A stretch of 52,437 nt of DNA from a virus (IMGVR_UViG_3300032242_002237:1-52437), one strand, 5' to 3'; numbered from the stretch's first letter, positions 27,375-36,876 are shown. Notes: generated from the letters alone by a model not told the origin. Numbers and translations: made by a program.

Positions 27375-28538
27375 ATGAACAAGCTCTTACTCACTGTCAT
27401 GCTGACTGCCTTGCTGGGAGGTTGTGCATCCATGCAAAACTTCTCCGAACCCACACGTCCGGAAGTCAGCAAGAATACCATGCAAAATGATTTTGATGCC
27501 TTGCCTTCACCTGCGACCGGAAGACCAATTGTAGTAGCAGTTTATAGCTTTGTTGACAAGACCGGACAGCGCAAGCCCATTGCCAATGTGGCCAGCTTGA
27601 GCACAGCCACCACACAGGGTGCTGAAGCATTCTTGATCAAGGCCCTGCAGGATGTGGGCAATGGTCGTTGGTTCCGTGTGGTAGAGCGTGTGGGCATTGA
27701 CAACTTGACCAAGGAACGCTTGATCATCCGCCAGATGCGTGAGGCCTATGAAGGACCCAACGCACAGCCACTGCCGCCCATGACATTTGCCGGCATCATA
27801 TTGGAAGGCGGCATCGTGGGCTACGACAGCTCGACCAAGTCAGGCGGAGCGGCAGCTCGTTGGCTGGGCATTGGCGAACAAACACAATACAGTGAAGACA
27901 CTGTGACCATCAGCCTACGTGCAGTGAGCGTGGCCAATGGTGAAGTGATTGCCGCTGTGACTGTGCAGAAGACCGTGGTCAGTTCTGCGGATTCTGTCAC
28001 AGCATTGAAATTCTTCAGCGACGGAACCAAAGCATTTGAAGCTGAAGCAGGATTGACCTTGAACGAGCCAGTTACCTTGGCTACCAAAGCAGCCGTGGAG
28101 TTTGCTGTGGTAGAACTGATCAAGGAAGGCAAGCGCAAAGGCGTGTGGGATTACGCCCGTCCGGTGTCAAGTATGACACAACCTCCAGTGGCTCCTCCAG
28201 CAGACAAAGCACCAGCCAAGCCTGTAGAAAAAATGGCCGAGCCAGTGAAACCCGTAGAGGACAAAAAAGTTGAAGCAACAAGCACACCTGTTAAAGAAGA
28301 TGAATCCATAAAAGAGGGGCAGGCTGTAGTCAAAGCCGCCAGTGCTTGGGTTAGAAAGGGTCGTAGTTTAGTTGACCCTCCAGTGCGAAGCGTCCGTGAA
28401 GGATTGCAGGTTACCGTGCTTCAAAATCAAGATGGCTGGAGCGAAGTGGAGTTTGACGACAGCTTCGGACATCACAAAGGCTGGATTAAATCAAATTTAT
28501 TAAAACAACAAGAGGCTACAAAGCCCGAAGGAAAATAA
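27375..28538 (+). CDS. csgG: Curli secretion channel CsgG with C-terminal SH3b-like domain
   Basis: Lipobox LGGC; VAVYSFVDKTGQRKP, STATTQGA, WFRVVERVG.DNLTKER.IIR, ILEGGIVGYD; Pro/Lys linker then VRKG..GWSEV..KGWI. Confidence 0.92.
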   Translation: MNKLLLTVMLTALLGGCASMQNFSEPTRPEVSKNTMQNDFDALPSPATGRPIVVAVYSFVDKTGQRKPIANVASLSTATTQGAEAFLIKALQDVGNGRWFRVVERVGIDNLTKERLIIRQMREAYEGPNAQPLPPMTFAGIILEGGIVGYDSSTKSGGAAARWLGIGEQTQYSEDTVTISLRAVSVANGEVIAAVTVQKTVVSSADSVTALKFFSDGTKAFEAEAGLTLNEPVTLATKAAVEFAVVELIKEGKRKGVWDYARPVSSMTQPPVAPPADKAPAKPVEKMAEPVKPVEDKKVEATSTPVKEDESIKEGQAVVKAASAWVRKGRSLVDPPVRSVREGLQVTVLQNQDGWSEVEFDDSFGHHKGWIKSNLLKQQEATKPEGK

Positions 28539-28541
28539 ATC

Positions 28542-29324
28542 ATGAAATATAAGTTCTTAGCGACACTGATTTTGGCGCTGGGGATTACTAATGCAGTTCA
28601 AGCAGGTGATAACGCGATATCTATCGACCAAGTTGGTAATCAGAGCACAATAAACGTAACACAGACAGGAACTAGCAATACTGTCCAAGGCCTGGGCGCC
28701 TCTTTGGGCATACCCGCGGCAAAGATCTACGGCGACAATACCACGGTCAACCTGACCCAGACTGGATCGGGCAACACCTTGTTTCTTGGAGCAGACGCAG
28801 GCGGAACTGGATCTACCAACAGCATCACCTATAACATGACAGGTAGCAACAACCAAGCCAGCGTCAGCTGTAATGACAATGGCACTGGCAAGTGTAACAA
28901 CAACACTGTGAACATCCAACAAACTGGTGATACCAACAATACACTGTTGAACATCAATGGACAGAACAATGGTATTGCTTACACACAGCAAGGCGGTAAC
29001 ACCAACAACTACACTGGTACGTTTACTGGGGACAACATAACCTCCGTCACAAACATACAGGGTGGTAACAATGCAGTGAGCATCAGCAGTTCACCACTGG
29101 CTGGCATTGCCGCACAGACCAAGGTAGACATAGTGGGTGCAGGCAACACAGTTGGTATCACACAGACCGGTGGATCAATTGCAGGCAACTATGCCAGCCT
29201 TTCCTTGAATGGTGTGGGCAATGGCGTGAGTGTTTCGCAGACTGGTACCGCGGCTGATAACGTGCTAAGGGTGACCAGCCAAGGCAACAACAATGTGATG
29301 CGTTTCAACCAAACGAGTAGGTAA
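28542..29324 (+). CDS. Curlin-repeat protein (CsgA/CsgB-like amyloid subunit)
   Basis: Signal peptide; repeated N-x-I/V-x-I/L-x-Q-x-G-x-x-N units (IDQVGNQS, VTQTGTSN, LTQTGSGN, IQQTGDTN, TSQGNNN). Confidence 0.8.
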   Translation: MKYKFLATLILALGITNAVQAGDNAISIDQVGNQSTINVTQTGTSNTVQGLGASLGIPAAKIYGDNTTVNLTQTGSGNTLFLGADAGGTGSTNSITYNMTGSNNQASVSCNDNGTGKCNNNTVNIQQTGDTNNTLLNINGQNNGIAYTQQGGNTNNYTGTFTGDNITSVTNIQGGNNAVSISSSPLAGIAAQTKVDIVGAGNTVGITQTGGSIAGNYASLSLNGVGNGVSVSQTGTAADNVLRVTSQGNNNVMRFNQTSR

Positions 29325-30448
29325 TGAAAAGTTGGGCATTCATACTGTTTGCCGCGTTGATGTACCCATACTGCGCACAGGCCGCAGTGGGTACTATCAC
29401 GGAACAGGTGAATGCTCCTCCAAGCATACAGCGTGACAAACAGACTCTGACAGGAGCCAAGGGCTCGGGTGTAGAAATGAATGATGCTGTGCGCACCACT
29501 GGTGGCAAAGTGGGCATCACGTTCGAAGACAATACCCGAGTACAAGTTACCGAAAACTCCAAAGTGGTCATTGATGAGTTTGTGTATGATCCCAAGAAAG
29601 GATCAGGCAAACTGTCCATCAACATGGCCATGGGCACTGTGCGCTATGCATCAGGTGCCATTGCACACAACAACCCCAGCAATGTTGCCATCAACACACC
29701 CACTGCTACCATTTCAGTGCGAGGCACTGATTTTACCGGTACAGTGGATGAGTTGGGATCCAGCACCTTCATCCTGTTGCCCAGCTGTCCCAATGACAAC
29801 AAGATACGCATGCCTGGCGATGACGTGACCAACTGCAAGGTGGGAGAAATCGTAGTGTCCACTGACCAAGGTGTTGTGATATTGAACCAGGCCTGGCAGG
29901 CCACTGTGGTCACTTCTCGCAACCAACCCCCCAGTCCACCCAAGCTGGTACACCTGGGACTGGATCACATCAACAACTGGTTGATAGTGAGTCCGCCACC
30001 TGAGCTGAGACAGGAAGGCATGAATGACAGATCAGTGCGCCGTCCATATGATTTTCTCAATCAACATTTCCTAGGACCTGTTGCAGAAATAGGCAATGTG
30101 CTGGAACAGCAACAGGCACAGTTTTTCAGAAACAGCCTGCAGAAGAATTCGCTGGAGCAGAGTTTCTTGGCCAATCAATTTGAAGTCATGGGCAATGCAC
30201 TGAGTGAAAACCTGCTGGACAACAAGCACAGCATACTGCCAGACTATCGCAAGTCGTCGGGTGTGGAAGTGGTAATGGATTCCACTGCTGTGCAACTGTG
30301 CTTGAAAGACGCTGCCGGCAACAACCAGTGTGTGCAAACACCCAAGGATCAAAATTCTCAGCTGATACAGTCGCAGGGAAACGTTACCATCAAGAATCGC
30401 GTGAACCAAGGCGGCAATACCAACATCACACTGAAGCAAAGCAACTGA
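29324..30448 (+). CDS. FecR-domain secreted protein
   Basis: Signal peptide; D.VRT..G...ITFEDNT.V.VTENS...IDEFVYDP, G.VRY.SG, I.TPTATISVRGTDF. Confidence 0.85.
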   Translation: MKSWAFILFAALMYPYCAQAAVGTITEQVNAPPSIQRDKQTLTGAKGSGVEMNDAVRTTGGKVGITFEDNTRVQVTENSKVVIDEFVYDPKKGSGKLSINMAMGTVRYASGAIAHNNPSNVAINTPTATISVRGTDFTGTVDELGSSTFILLPSCPNDNKIRMPGDDVTNCKVGEIVVSTDQGVVILNQAWQATVVTSRNQPPSPPKLVHLGLDHINNWLIVSPPPELRQEGMNDRSVRRPYDFLNQHFLGPVAEIGNVLEQQQAQFFRNSLQKNSLEQSFLANQFEVMGNALSENLLDNKHSILPDYRKSSGVEVVMDSTAVQLCLKDAAGNNQCVQTPKDQNSQLIQSQGNVTIKNRVNQGGNTNITLKQSN

Positions 30449-30449
30449 T

Positions 30450-32693
30450 ATGAAAAGATTACTAGCCGCGGCTTTATTACTGATAGGAACAGTGACCACT
30501 GCCTGGAGCCAGGCTGCTCCTGCACCCTACGACATGATCGCCACTGCCTATGTTACCACGACCATAAGCCAGATCGTGGTACTGGATTCAGCTCAGCAGG
30601 CCGCTGGCAATCTCACATTTTCAATACAGGCACACAACGGCGGTGGCCGTCCAGGCCAAGCAGACACTGCAAAAGTACAACTGCAATTCTACAACTCCAG
30701 CAACAGTTTGTTGTACACTGCCAACAGCCAAACCTATTCACTGCCTTTGCCCAATGGCGTGGGCCAACCGGGCATTGATCCCACAGTGCCTTGGACCACC
30801 ATGACCGTGAGTTCAGCCAACTGCGGAGGATCCTGTGCCAACGTGGCCTATGTCAAGGTCATTGCCAGTGGCACTGACGGCAGTTATTGGGCAGGTGACT
30901 ATGGCCCTTGGTACATGGCTCCTTCACTGACGGTGAACGGTGGCGCCAACATACTTTACAATCCTGAATTTGGTCCTTACAACAACGTGAGTGCGCATGG
31001 TTGGTCAATCAGTCCTGCGCTGGGTGCTTGCCAAGGTGCCTGGGGCGGATCAAATCCTTGTATTGCCAACAGTTCAGGTCAGGCAGGACAAAACACCACA
31101 GGCCTGATAGCCAATGCCAATGGTGGCGGTCCTGTGGCCACGGGTGGTACCACTGCCGCACCTGCAGGTGGTACTGCGCAATCAGCACCCAAACCTCCAG
31201 CACCCAATTTCACACAGCTGAAGTTCAGTGCCGCACAGGTAGCAGACAGCCAATGGGATGTGTATGCCTGTACACAGACCAACACTTGCCAAATCTACAG
31301 TACCAACCCAGGAACTGCTTATCAGATTCCTTGGACTTCGGGACAATGGAACTGGCAGTCTGGGCAGTATATCCAATTCTCAGCCACAGGTGATGCCAAC
31401 AATCCATACGAAGCAAAAGTCTACAACAGTGATGGCACACTGGCAGGCACACTGGGCACTGGACACATAGTGAGCATGGGCACAGATAGCAGTGGTCATG
31501 CACTGTTTTTCTTTGTGGGCAACGACAACGACACAGGACAGTTGTTCAGTACCAACTATGGTTTTTCAGGCAATGGTGGCTATACCTGGACCGGCACATT
31601 GAATCCCACAACTGCGCAGGTTGACACATTCGCTGGCTCAGGATCCACCACACCATTGGCCGCAGGTCAGACAGGTGGTACTGCCACAGCGCCCACCGTG
31701 ACCAGTACCACAATAACCAACACCACCAGCATAACCAACAGCTATCCAGCCAGCTGGACTGATTCAGTTCCGACCATAAACATTGGCCCAGGCCCTGGAC
31801 AAAGCATCATAACCAGCACTGATACCACGCTGATAACATCACAACCAGTTATCACTACCACGACCACCACACCAACCATCACCACAAACTACAGTGATGG
31901 CACCAGCAAGACCAGCACTGGCACACCAACTTCTACCACATCCACTTCTACCACATACTCTTCCTCTCTGCAGGTCAATCCGCGCCCCTACATCACAAAC
32001 TATGGCTTGGCCAATCAGGTGTACATGGACCAGATAGGCAGCAACAACACAGTGGATGTGACACAGACTGGCAGGGACAACAACATAGCCGGAGTCAATC
32101 AGCCCAATGCACAGGTGCGTGGCAACAGCAATTCAGTCACTGTGACACAAGGTGGCAGTGGTGGCTTGCCCAACTCTGTGGATCTGTTTGTGCAAGGCAC
32201 TGGCAACACAGTGAGACTGGTGCAGGGAATCAACGCCAATGACACCAGCACCAGTGGACAATACAACAGCACCAGCATCACTGGCAACAACAATCAAGTG
32301 ATCAGCAAGCAGAGCAATGATGGCGGGCTGGGCATGCACTATTCAGCTACCACAGTCACCGGCGACAGCAACACAGTCAACACAGGACAGTACAACAATG
32401 GCGGCAAGTCCATGACCACCACCATCAACGGCAACAACAACACACTCAATGCCAGCCAGACTGGCACTGGACAGCACTCGCTCAGCACCACCATGACCGG
32501 ATATGGCAACAGTGCCACAGTGTCACAGTCCGGCAGCTACGCAGCCTCAGCGTCGATCACGTTGAACAATGCTGGCGGATCCAGTTCAGCCACAGTGATA
32601 CAAAATGCCAACTCAGCACCCACTGCCTACAGCATATATCAATCCTGCTCCAATCCAGCAGGCTGCGGTGTCAGCATCACACAAAATAAATGA
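30450..32693 (+). CDS. Large secreted protein: N-terminal beta-rich passenger domains, Thr-rich linker, C-terminal curlin repeats
   Basis: Signal peptide; Cys pairs; TTTTTTPT linker; NQVYMDQIGSNNTVDVTQTGRDNN and further Q-x-G-x-x-N repeats. Confidence 0.75.
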   Translation: MKRLLAAALLLIGTVTTAWSQAAPAPYDMIATAYVTTTISQIVVLDSAQQAAGNLTFSIQAHNGGGRPGQADTAKVQLQFYNSSNSLLYTANSQTYSLPLPNGVGQPGIDPTVPWTTMTVSSANCGGSCANVAYVKVIASGTDGSYWAGDYGPWYMAPSLTVNGGANILYNPEFGPYNNVSAHGWSISPALGACQGAWGGSNPCIANSSGQAGQNTTGLIANANGGGPVATGGTTAAPAGGTAQSAPKPPAPNFTQLKFSAAQVADSQWDVYACTQTNTCQIYSTNPGTAYQIPWTSGQWNWQSGQYIQFSATGDANNPYEAKVYNSDGTLAGTLGTGHIVSMGTDSSGHALFFFVGNDNDTGQLFSTNYGFSGNGGYTWTGTLNPTTAQVDTFAGSGSTTPLAAGQTGGTATAPTVTSTTITNTTSITNSYPASWTDSVPTINIGPGPGQSIITSTDTTLITSQPVITTTTTTPTITTNYSDGTSKTSTGTPTSTTSTSTTYSSSLQVNPRPYITNYGLANQVYMDQIGSNNTVDVTQTGRDNNIAGVNQPNAQVRGNSNSVTVTQGGSGGLPNSVDLFVQGTGNTVRLVQGINANDTSTSGQYNSTSITGNNNQVISKQSNDGGLGMHYSATTVTGDSNTVNTGQYNNGGKSMTTTINGNNNTLNASQTGTGQHSLSTTMTGYGNSATVSQSGSYAASASITLNNAGGSSSATVIQNANSAPTAYSIYQSCSNPAGCGVSITQNK

Positions 32694-32694
32694 C

Positions 32695-32814
32695 ATGAAC
32701 CATTGGCAGACCCTGATACTTGATGAGTGGTACTATGTGCCCATCACCCTGTTGGCAGGACTCTGGGCATTTGGCATTGGCCTTTTGATTGGTTGGCTGA
32801 TCACAGTATTATAA
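32695..32814 (+). CDS. Small membrane peptide
   Basis: MNHWQTLILDEWYYVPITLLAGLWAFGIGLLIGWLITVL*; fills the gap exactly. Confidence 0.55.
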   Translation: MNHWQTLILDEWYYVPITLLAGLWAFGIGLLIGWLITVL

Positions 32815-32821
32815 ATACTGG

Positions 32822-34861
32822 ATGAAAAAGATACTCACCAGCCCATGGACGGCACTCATCACTCTTGCACTGATTGTAGGCGTAAGGATCGCAGATCCTT
32901 CATTTGTGGAAAGCGTACGACTGCGCTATTTTGACACATTGATCTCCAGTCGAGCACCAACTGAAAACAACATAGTCACTGTAAACATCGACGAAGCCGG
33001 ACTGGACAAGTACGGACAATGGCCGTTGCCAAGGAGTGAGTATGCCAAAATTATTAAAGACCTGTATGATCGTCATGCTGGCCTTGTCGTGCTTAATGTT
33101 ATCATGGCTGACAGCGATCGCACTGGTGGTGATGGCGCTCTCGCAAATGCACTGAAACAGTACCCCACTGTGCTGGTCAATGTGCCCACAGACAAAAACA
33201 AAAACACTCCTCGCAATCCTGGTGCAGTGATCCTGGGGCCAGAGTGGATGGATCGAATAGTGAACTATCCAGGCGTGATGGCCAACGTGCCGGTGTTGGA
33301 GAATGCTGCCGCTGGCGTGGGCACCGTACACACCATGCCTGAGATAGACGGTGTGAATCGTCGCATGCCCTTGATCGTTGCCAGTGGCGAGCACCTGTAC
33401 CCCAGCCTTAGCATGGAAGTGCTACGATTGGCCGCAGGTGACGAAGCTTTCCAAGTCAAGTTGAACGAATGGGGCGTGGAAAAGATGCGCATTCCAAAGT
33501 TTGGTCCTATCTCAACTGATGAGCTGGGCCGTGTTTGGATCGACTGGTCACAAAAGTCACACGCTTATAGTATCACCAACTTGCCTGCTGACTTCGGCGG
33601 AGCAGTAGTCCTTGTGGGTCCTACTGCGGCAGGTATCAGTAATCCACTGCCTACCTCGATTGGTGCAGTGTATCCCAATGAAGCACAGGCCGCTGTGATG
33701 GGTACCATGTTCAACAATGTGAACATACAGCGTCCAGACTGGGCCGACGGTGCTGAGATCATTGGACTGCTGGTAGCAGGATTATTGTTACTATTTTTAA
33801 CAAGGTGGACTTATGCGGGACTTGCGTCGGTCATTGTATTGGTTGTTGGCGGCATTGTTGGTAGTCAGTATGCTTTCACTAACTTTTTATTCTTATTTGA
33901 TGCTACTGCCTTTGCAGTTGGCACAGTCTTGGTCGCTTTGCATGCCTACGGTGTCAAGTTTGTTTCAGAGTTCCTCCAAAAGCAAGCCATAAAGAAACAG
34001 TTTGCTGGCTACTGCTCTAAGGAAGTTGTAGAGCTATTACAAAAAGATCCAGATTTGATCAAGCGTGGTGTGCGCAAAGACGTATCAGTCATGTTCTCAG
34101 ATCTGCGTGGATTTACTCCTATTGGCGAACACTTTGGAGACGACGTTGCTGGACTGGGCCGGTACATGAATGGTTACATGGATGCCATCAGCCAGCCCAT
34201 GTTGGACAACCGTGGCATGGTCATCAAGTATGTGGGTGATGCGAGTATGCACATACACGGTGCTCCTATCGAAGACCCAAACCATGCTAGAACAATCGTT
34301 GCAGTTGGTTTAGAAATGCTGGATGCAGTGGATGAGTATACCAAGATCATGGAAGCACAAGGCTTACCACCAGCCGCAATGGGTTGGGGTTGCAACTCAG
34401 GCATTGGCTTTATTGGCGAAATGGGTTCAACAGAACGACACAGCTATGATATCTTAGGTGACATGGTTTCAACTGCGGCACGACTAGAAGCACGTTGCAA
34501 GGCCTATGGTGTGTTGTGTATCATTGGTGCAGAGACCTACAACAGAACCAAAGACGACTTCTTCTATCTAATGCTAGATAACCTACAACCCAAAGGTAAA
34601 ACTGTAGCCGACTTGATCTACACAGCACTACGCACACGCGGTGTTGATTACTCAAAAGATAAGGCACAGCACGAAGCGATGCACGATTTATACAGAGCTA
34701 AAAAGTTTGACGAAGCTGCCGCTATGTGTGCCAAGCTCAAGGGCAATTTTGGTGGGCAAATGGACAAGTACTACAAGATCTGGATTGAGCGTTGCGACTT
34801 CATGAAGCAACAGGATCTGGGCGACAACTGGAACGGTGAGTTCGTAGCTCACGAAAAATGA
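32822..34861 (+). CDS. CHASE2-domain class III nucleotidyl (probably adenylate) cyclase
   Basis: TM, CHASE2 (IVTVNIDEAGL..YGQWPLPR, DGVNRR.PL), 3 TM, FSDLRGFT, IKYVGDA, GEMGS...YDILGDMVSTAARLE; perfect TATAAATA at 32810. Confidence 0.93.
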   Translation: MKKILTSPWTALITLALIVGVRIADPSFVESVRLRYFDTLISSRAPTENNIVTVNIDEAGLDKYGQWPLPRSEYAKIIKDLYDRHAGLVVLNVIMADSDRTGGDGALANALKQYPTVLVNVPTDKNKNTPRNPGAVILGPEWMDRIVNYPGVMANVPVLENAAAGVGTVHTMPEIDGVNRRMPLIVASGEHLYPSLSMEVLRLAAGDEAFQVKLNEWGVEKMRIPKFGPISTDELGRVWIDWSQKSHAYSITNLPADFGGAVVLVGPTAAGISNPLPTSIGAVYPNEAQAAVMGTMFNNVNIQRPDWADGAEIIGLLVAGLLLLFLTRWTYAGLASVIVLVVGGIVGSQYAFTNFLFLFDATAFAVGTVLVALHAYGVKFVSEFLQKQAIKKQFAGYCSKEVVELLQKDPDLIKRGVRKDVSVMFSDLRGFTPIGEHFGDDVAGLGRYMNGYMDAISQPMLDNRGMVIKYVGDASMHIHGAPIEDPNHARTIVAVGLEMLDAVDEYTKIMEAQGLPPAAMGWGCNSGIGFIGEMGSTERHSYDILGDMVSTAARLEARCKAYGVLCIIGAETYNRTKDDFFYLMLDNLQPKGKTVADLIYTALRTRGVDYSKDKAQHEAMHDLYRAKKFDEAAAMCAKLKGNFGGQMDKYYKIWIERCDFMKQQDLGDNWNGEFVAHEK

Positions 34862-34874
34862 TAGTGGTCGTTTT

Positions 34875-34950
34875 GTAGTTCACGGTAGCGAATCGCTCCC
34901 TACGCCCAGCACCCGGGCACCCTCGCAACTAGTGCGGTCCTAAGGGTGTT
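34875..34950. ncRNA. Putative structured RNA element between convergent genes
   Basis: Three abutting stem-loops: GTAG/CTAC enclosing AGCG/CGCT; GCCC/GGGC; CACCCT/AGGGTG enclosing CGCA/TGCG with a 6-nt bulge; not a simple terminator. Confidence 0.5.
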
Positions 34951-34952
34951 CT

Positions 34953-35339
34953 TTAAGAGCTGCCGCCGGCAGCTTCTTTCTTGTCACTTGGATCAACAGG
35001 CGCAGTGACTTTGCCACTGACCTTGTCTGCTTCGTCTATAGCATCATGGAACTTCTTGTTGGCCTGTGCTTCAACCAAGGCAGTTTCCATAACACGGTCT
35101 GATTCAATCATCTTGCCACGTATGGTCAACACTGTGTTGACCTTTTGGTTCAGACGGATCAAGTCATTGTCCAGCATACGGATGCGATCGATCAATGCAA
35201 TCAACACAGTGTTGGCATCTGAGATCACAGGCTTGACTTCCTTGGTACACCATTCCCACACATACTTGATGATGTAGCCCATGCCCACTGCCATCACAAT
35301 GGGAAAGCCGTATTTGTTAACTAGTTCGACCATGTCCAT
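34953..35339 (-). CDS. Single-TM + coiled-coil protein (YvrJ/holin-like GFP motif); paralog of 36876-37160
   Basis: LVNKYGFPIVMAVGMGY...IALIDRIRMLDNDLIRLN. Confidence 0.7.
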   Translation of the reverse strand: MDMVELVNKYGFPIVMAVGMGYIIKYVWEWCTKEVKPVISDANTVLIALIDRIRMLDNDLIRLNQKVNTVLTIRGKMIESDRVMETALVEAQANKKFHDAIDEADKVSGKVTAPVDPSDKKEAAGGSS

Positions 35340-35346
35340 ATTGTAT

Positions 35347-36120
35347 TTACCTTCCTACGTATACCTTGGGTTCAGCTTCAGCTCTGCGCCGCTCTTCACT
35401 TTTGGGCAACAGGTCTTTGCCATATTGCGGATACTTCTGCTGGCGATCATATGCCACCCACATGAACACACCACCCATGGTGAATATGATCACGATCACT
35501 GCAATGCCTATTATAAATTCATCTCTCAGGCGTCTCATCCTGGCGGCGCGGCGGCGATCTGCCACTGCTTGTCTTTGCATCTGTAGGGTGATAAGAACTT
35601 TTTGTTCTGCCCCTATTTTTTTCATCATGATATTTACATCAGTCCATAGAGCACCCAGCTCTGGGGGACTTTGGTAAATCATTATTTCTTGTAATTCTGT
35701 GCCCATGGCTTCCAACTGCTTGCGCATGAGCACACGCTGTAAGGCACGTTTGCCTAGGCTGTCATCACCAGTATAAACTTGTGTTTTGCTACGTTTTTCT
35801 TCTTCTTCAAATACTGCCAGGCATTTGTAAAAGTTATCAAAATACACACCAAGTTGGTTGCCTATTTCTGTGTAGATATCAGTAGTTTCTGTACTACGCT
35901 TGTTTAATTCTTTGACCCGAGCTTTTTCTTCAGCAAGTTGTTTACGTGCTTCAGGAGGAACAGGCTTGCCCTCATACAACTTGTGGAACTGCTGGTCAAG
36001 GTCTTTGACTATGTCTTTGACCTCACCAGCGGCACCTTTAATGTCCTTATAGAGTTTGCAGCCGGCCTTGACTGCACTCACGGCTCCGTTGGCTAATGCA
36101 AATAGCGTTAACGGATCCAT
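35347..36120 (-). CDS. Helical protein with amphipathic MDPLT N-terminus and C-terminal TM helix
   Basis: 257 aa; MDPLTLFALANGAVSAVK; FIIGIAVIVIIFTMGGVFMWV. Confidence 0.7.
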   Translation of the reverse strand: MDPLTLFALANGAVSAVKAGCKLYKDIKGAAGEVKDIVKDLDQQFHKLYEGKPVPPEARKQLAEEKARVKELNKRSTETTDIYTEIGNQLGVYFDNFYKCLAVFEEEEKRSKTQVYTGDDSLGKRALQRVLMRKQLEAMGTELQEIMIYQSPPELGALWTDVNIMMKKIGAEQKVLITLQMQRQAVADRRRAARMRRLRDEFIIGIAVIVIIFTMGGVFMWVAYDRQQKYPQYGKDLLPKSEERRRAEAEPKVYVGR

Positions 36121-36132
36121 GCCACTCTCCTA

Positions 36133-36717
36133 TTAGAACCACAGGAACAAACCGTTTAGACTCAATAACAATCCAAACCCTGCTACTGCAAAGCTAGCCC
36201 AGAACAAATACATGCTCACAGCCAGGATAGAAGCTGATAGCACAACAATGGCCATTTGGTATGCAGTTGACGCATAACCAATCCATGGGCTACGTTGTTT
36301 AGCATCATCACGTTCTGCTTCCAGTGCCTTGGCTTTCTTCATTAGGTCTTGCTTGCCTTCGCCTGGCTCATTTTCATAACGATCAATCTTGGCTGCCATT
36401 TCTTCTGCACGAGCCCGGTCGCCATTGTGTTGTGCTTCGTACAAGTTTTGTTCTGCTAGACTTTGCTTGATACTCTTGGCTTGGTAGAAACTGTAGGTGT
36501 CATTGGCTTTGATGGTGTTGTTCAACACGGTCGAACCTAACTTACCACCATACCAGGCATTGACTGCTAGACACAGGGCAAACACATTGATGACCATGCC
36601 TGCTTTGTCTTTGATCTTTGCTTCACGTTCGCTACGTGAGCCAACTGGCGGCTTGGGTGTGCTTTCGTCTTTTGGTTGTTTGTTAACCAAGTTTAATACT
36701 GAATCGATTAGTGCCAT
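36133..36717 (-). CDS. DUF4337-like membrane protein
   Basis: NDTYSFYQAKSIKQ motif, periplasmic coiled coil, YQMAIVVLSASIL, 3 TM. Confidence 0.7.
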   Translation of the reverse strand: MALIDSVLNLVNKQPKDESTPKPPVGSRSEREAKIKDKAGMVINVFALCLAVNAWYGGKLGSTVLNNTIKANDTYSFYQAKSIKQSLAEQNLYEAQHNGDRARAEEMAAKIDRYENEPGEGKQDLMKKAKALEAERDDAKQRSPWIGYASTAYQMAIVVLSASILAVSMYLFWASFAVAGFGLLLSLNGLFLWF

Positions 36718-36726
36718 GTATACTCC

Positions 36727-36876
36727 TCAAAATGTAATTGCACCTAGTACAAAACCAATCACCAATCCAATGGCCAAGGCTTTGTATAAATCACTGTCAT
36801 GCCAAAGCGGCTGTGCTCTGAGATATTCCTGTGTGTGTTTTGGTAGACTGTCCCACCATGCTTGATATTTGTTCAT
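36727..36876 (-). CDS. Small membrane protein (not in ORF track)
   Basis: MNKYQAWWDSLPKHTQEYLRAQPLWHDSDLYKALAIGLVIGFVLGAITF*; TGATG overlap with the upstream gene. Confidence 0.7.
   Translation of the reverse strand: MNKYQAWWDSLPKHTQEYLRAQPLWHDSDLYKALAIGLVIGFVLGAITF

Noticed and set aside
31680-31970. ACC/ACA-rich periodic DNA
   Set aside because: Explained by the Thr-rich protein linker.
34875-34950. tRNA
   Set aside because: No TTC T-loop, D-loop or acceptor stem pattern; kept only as an unknown structured element.
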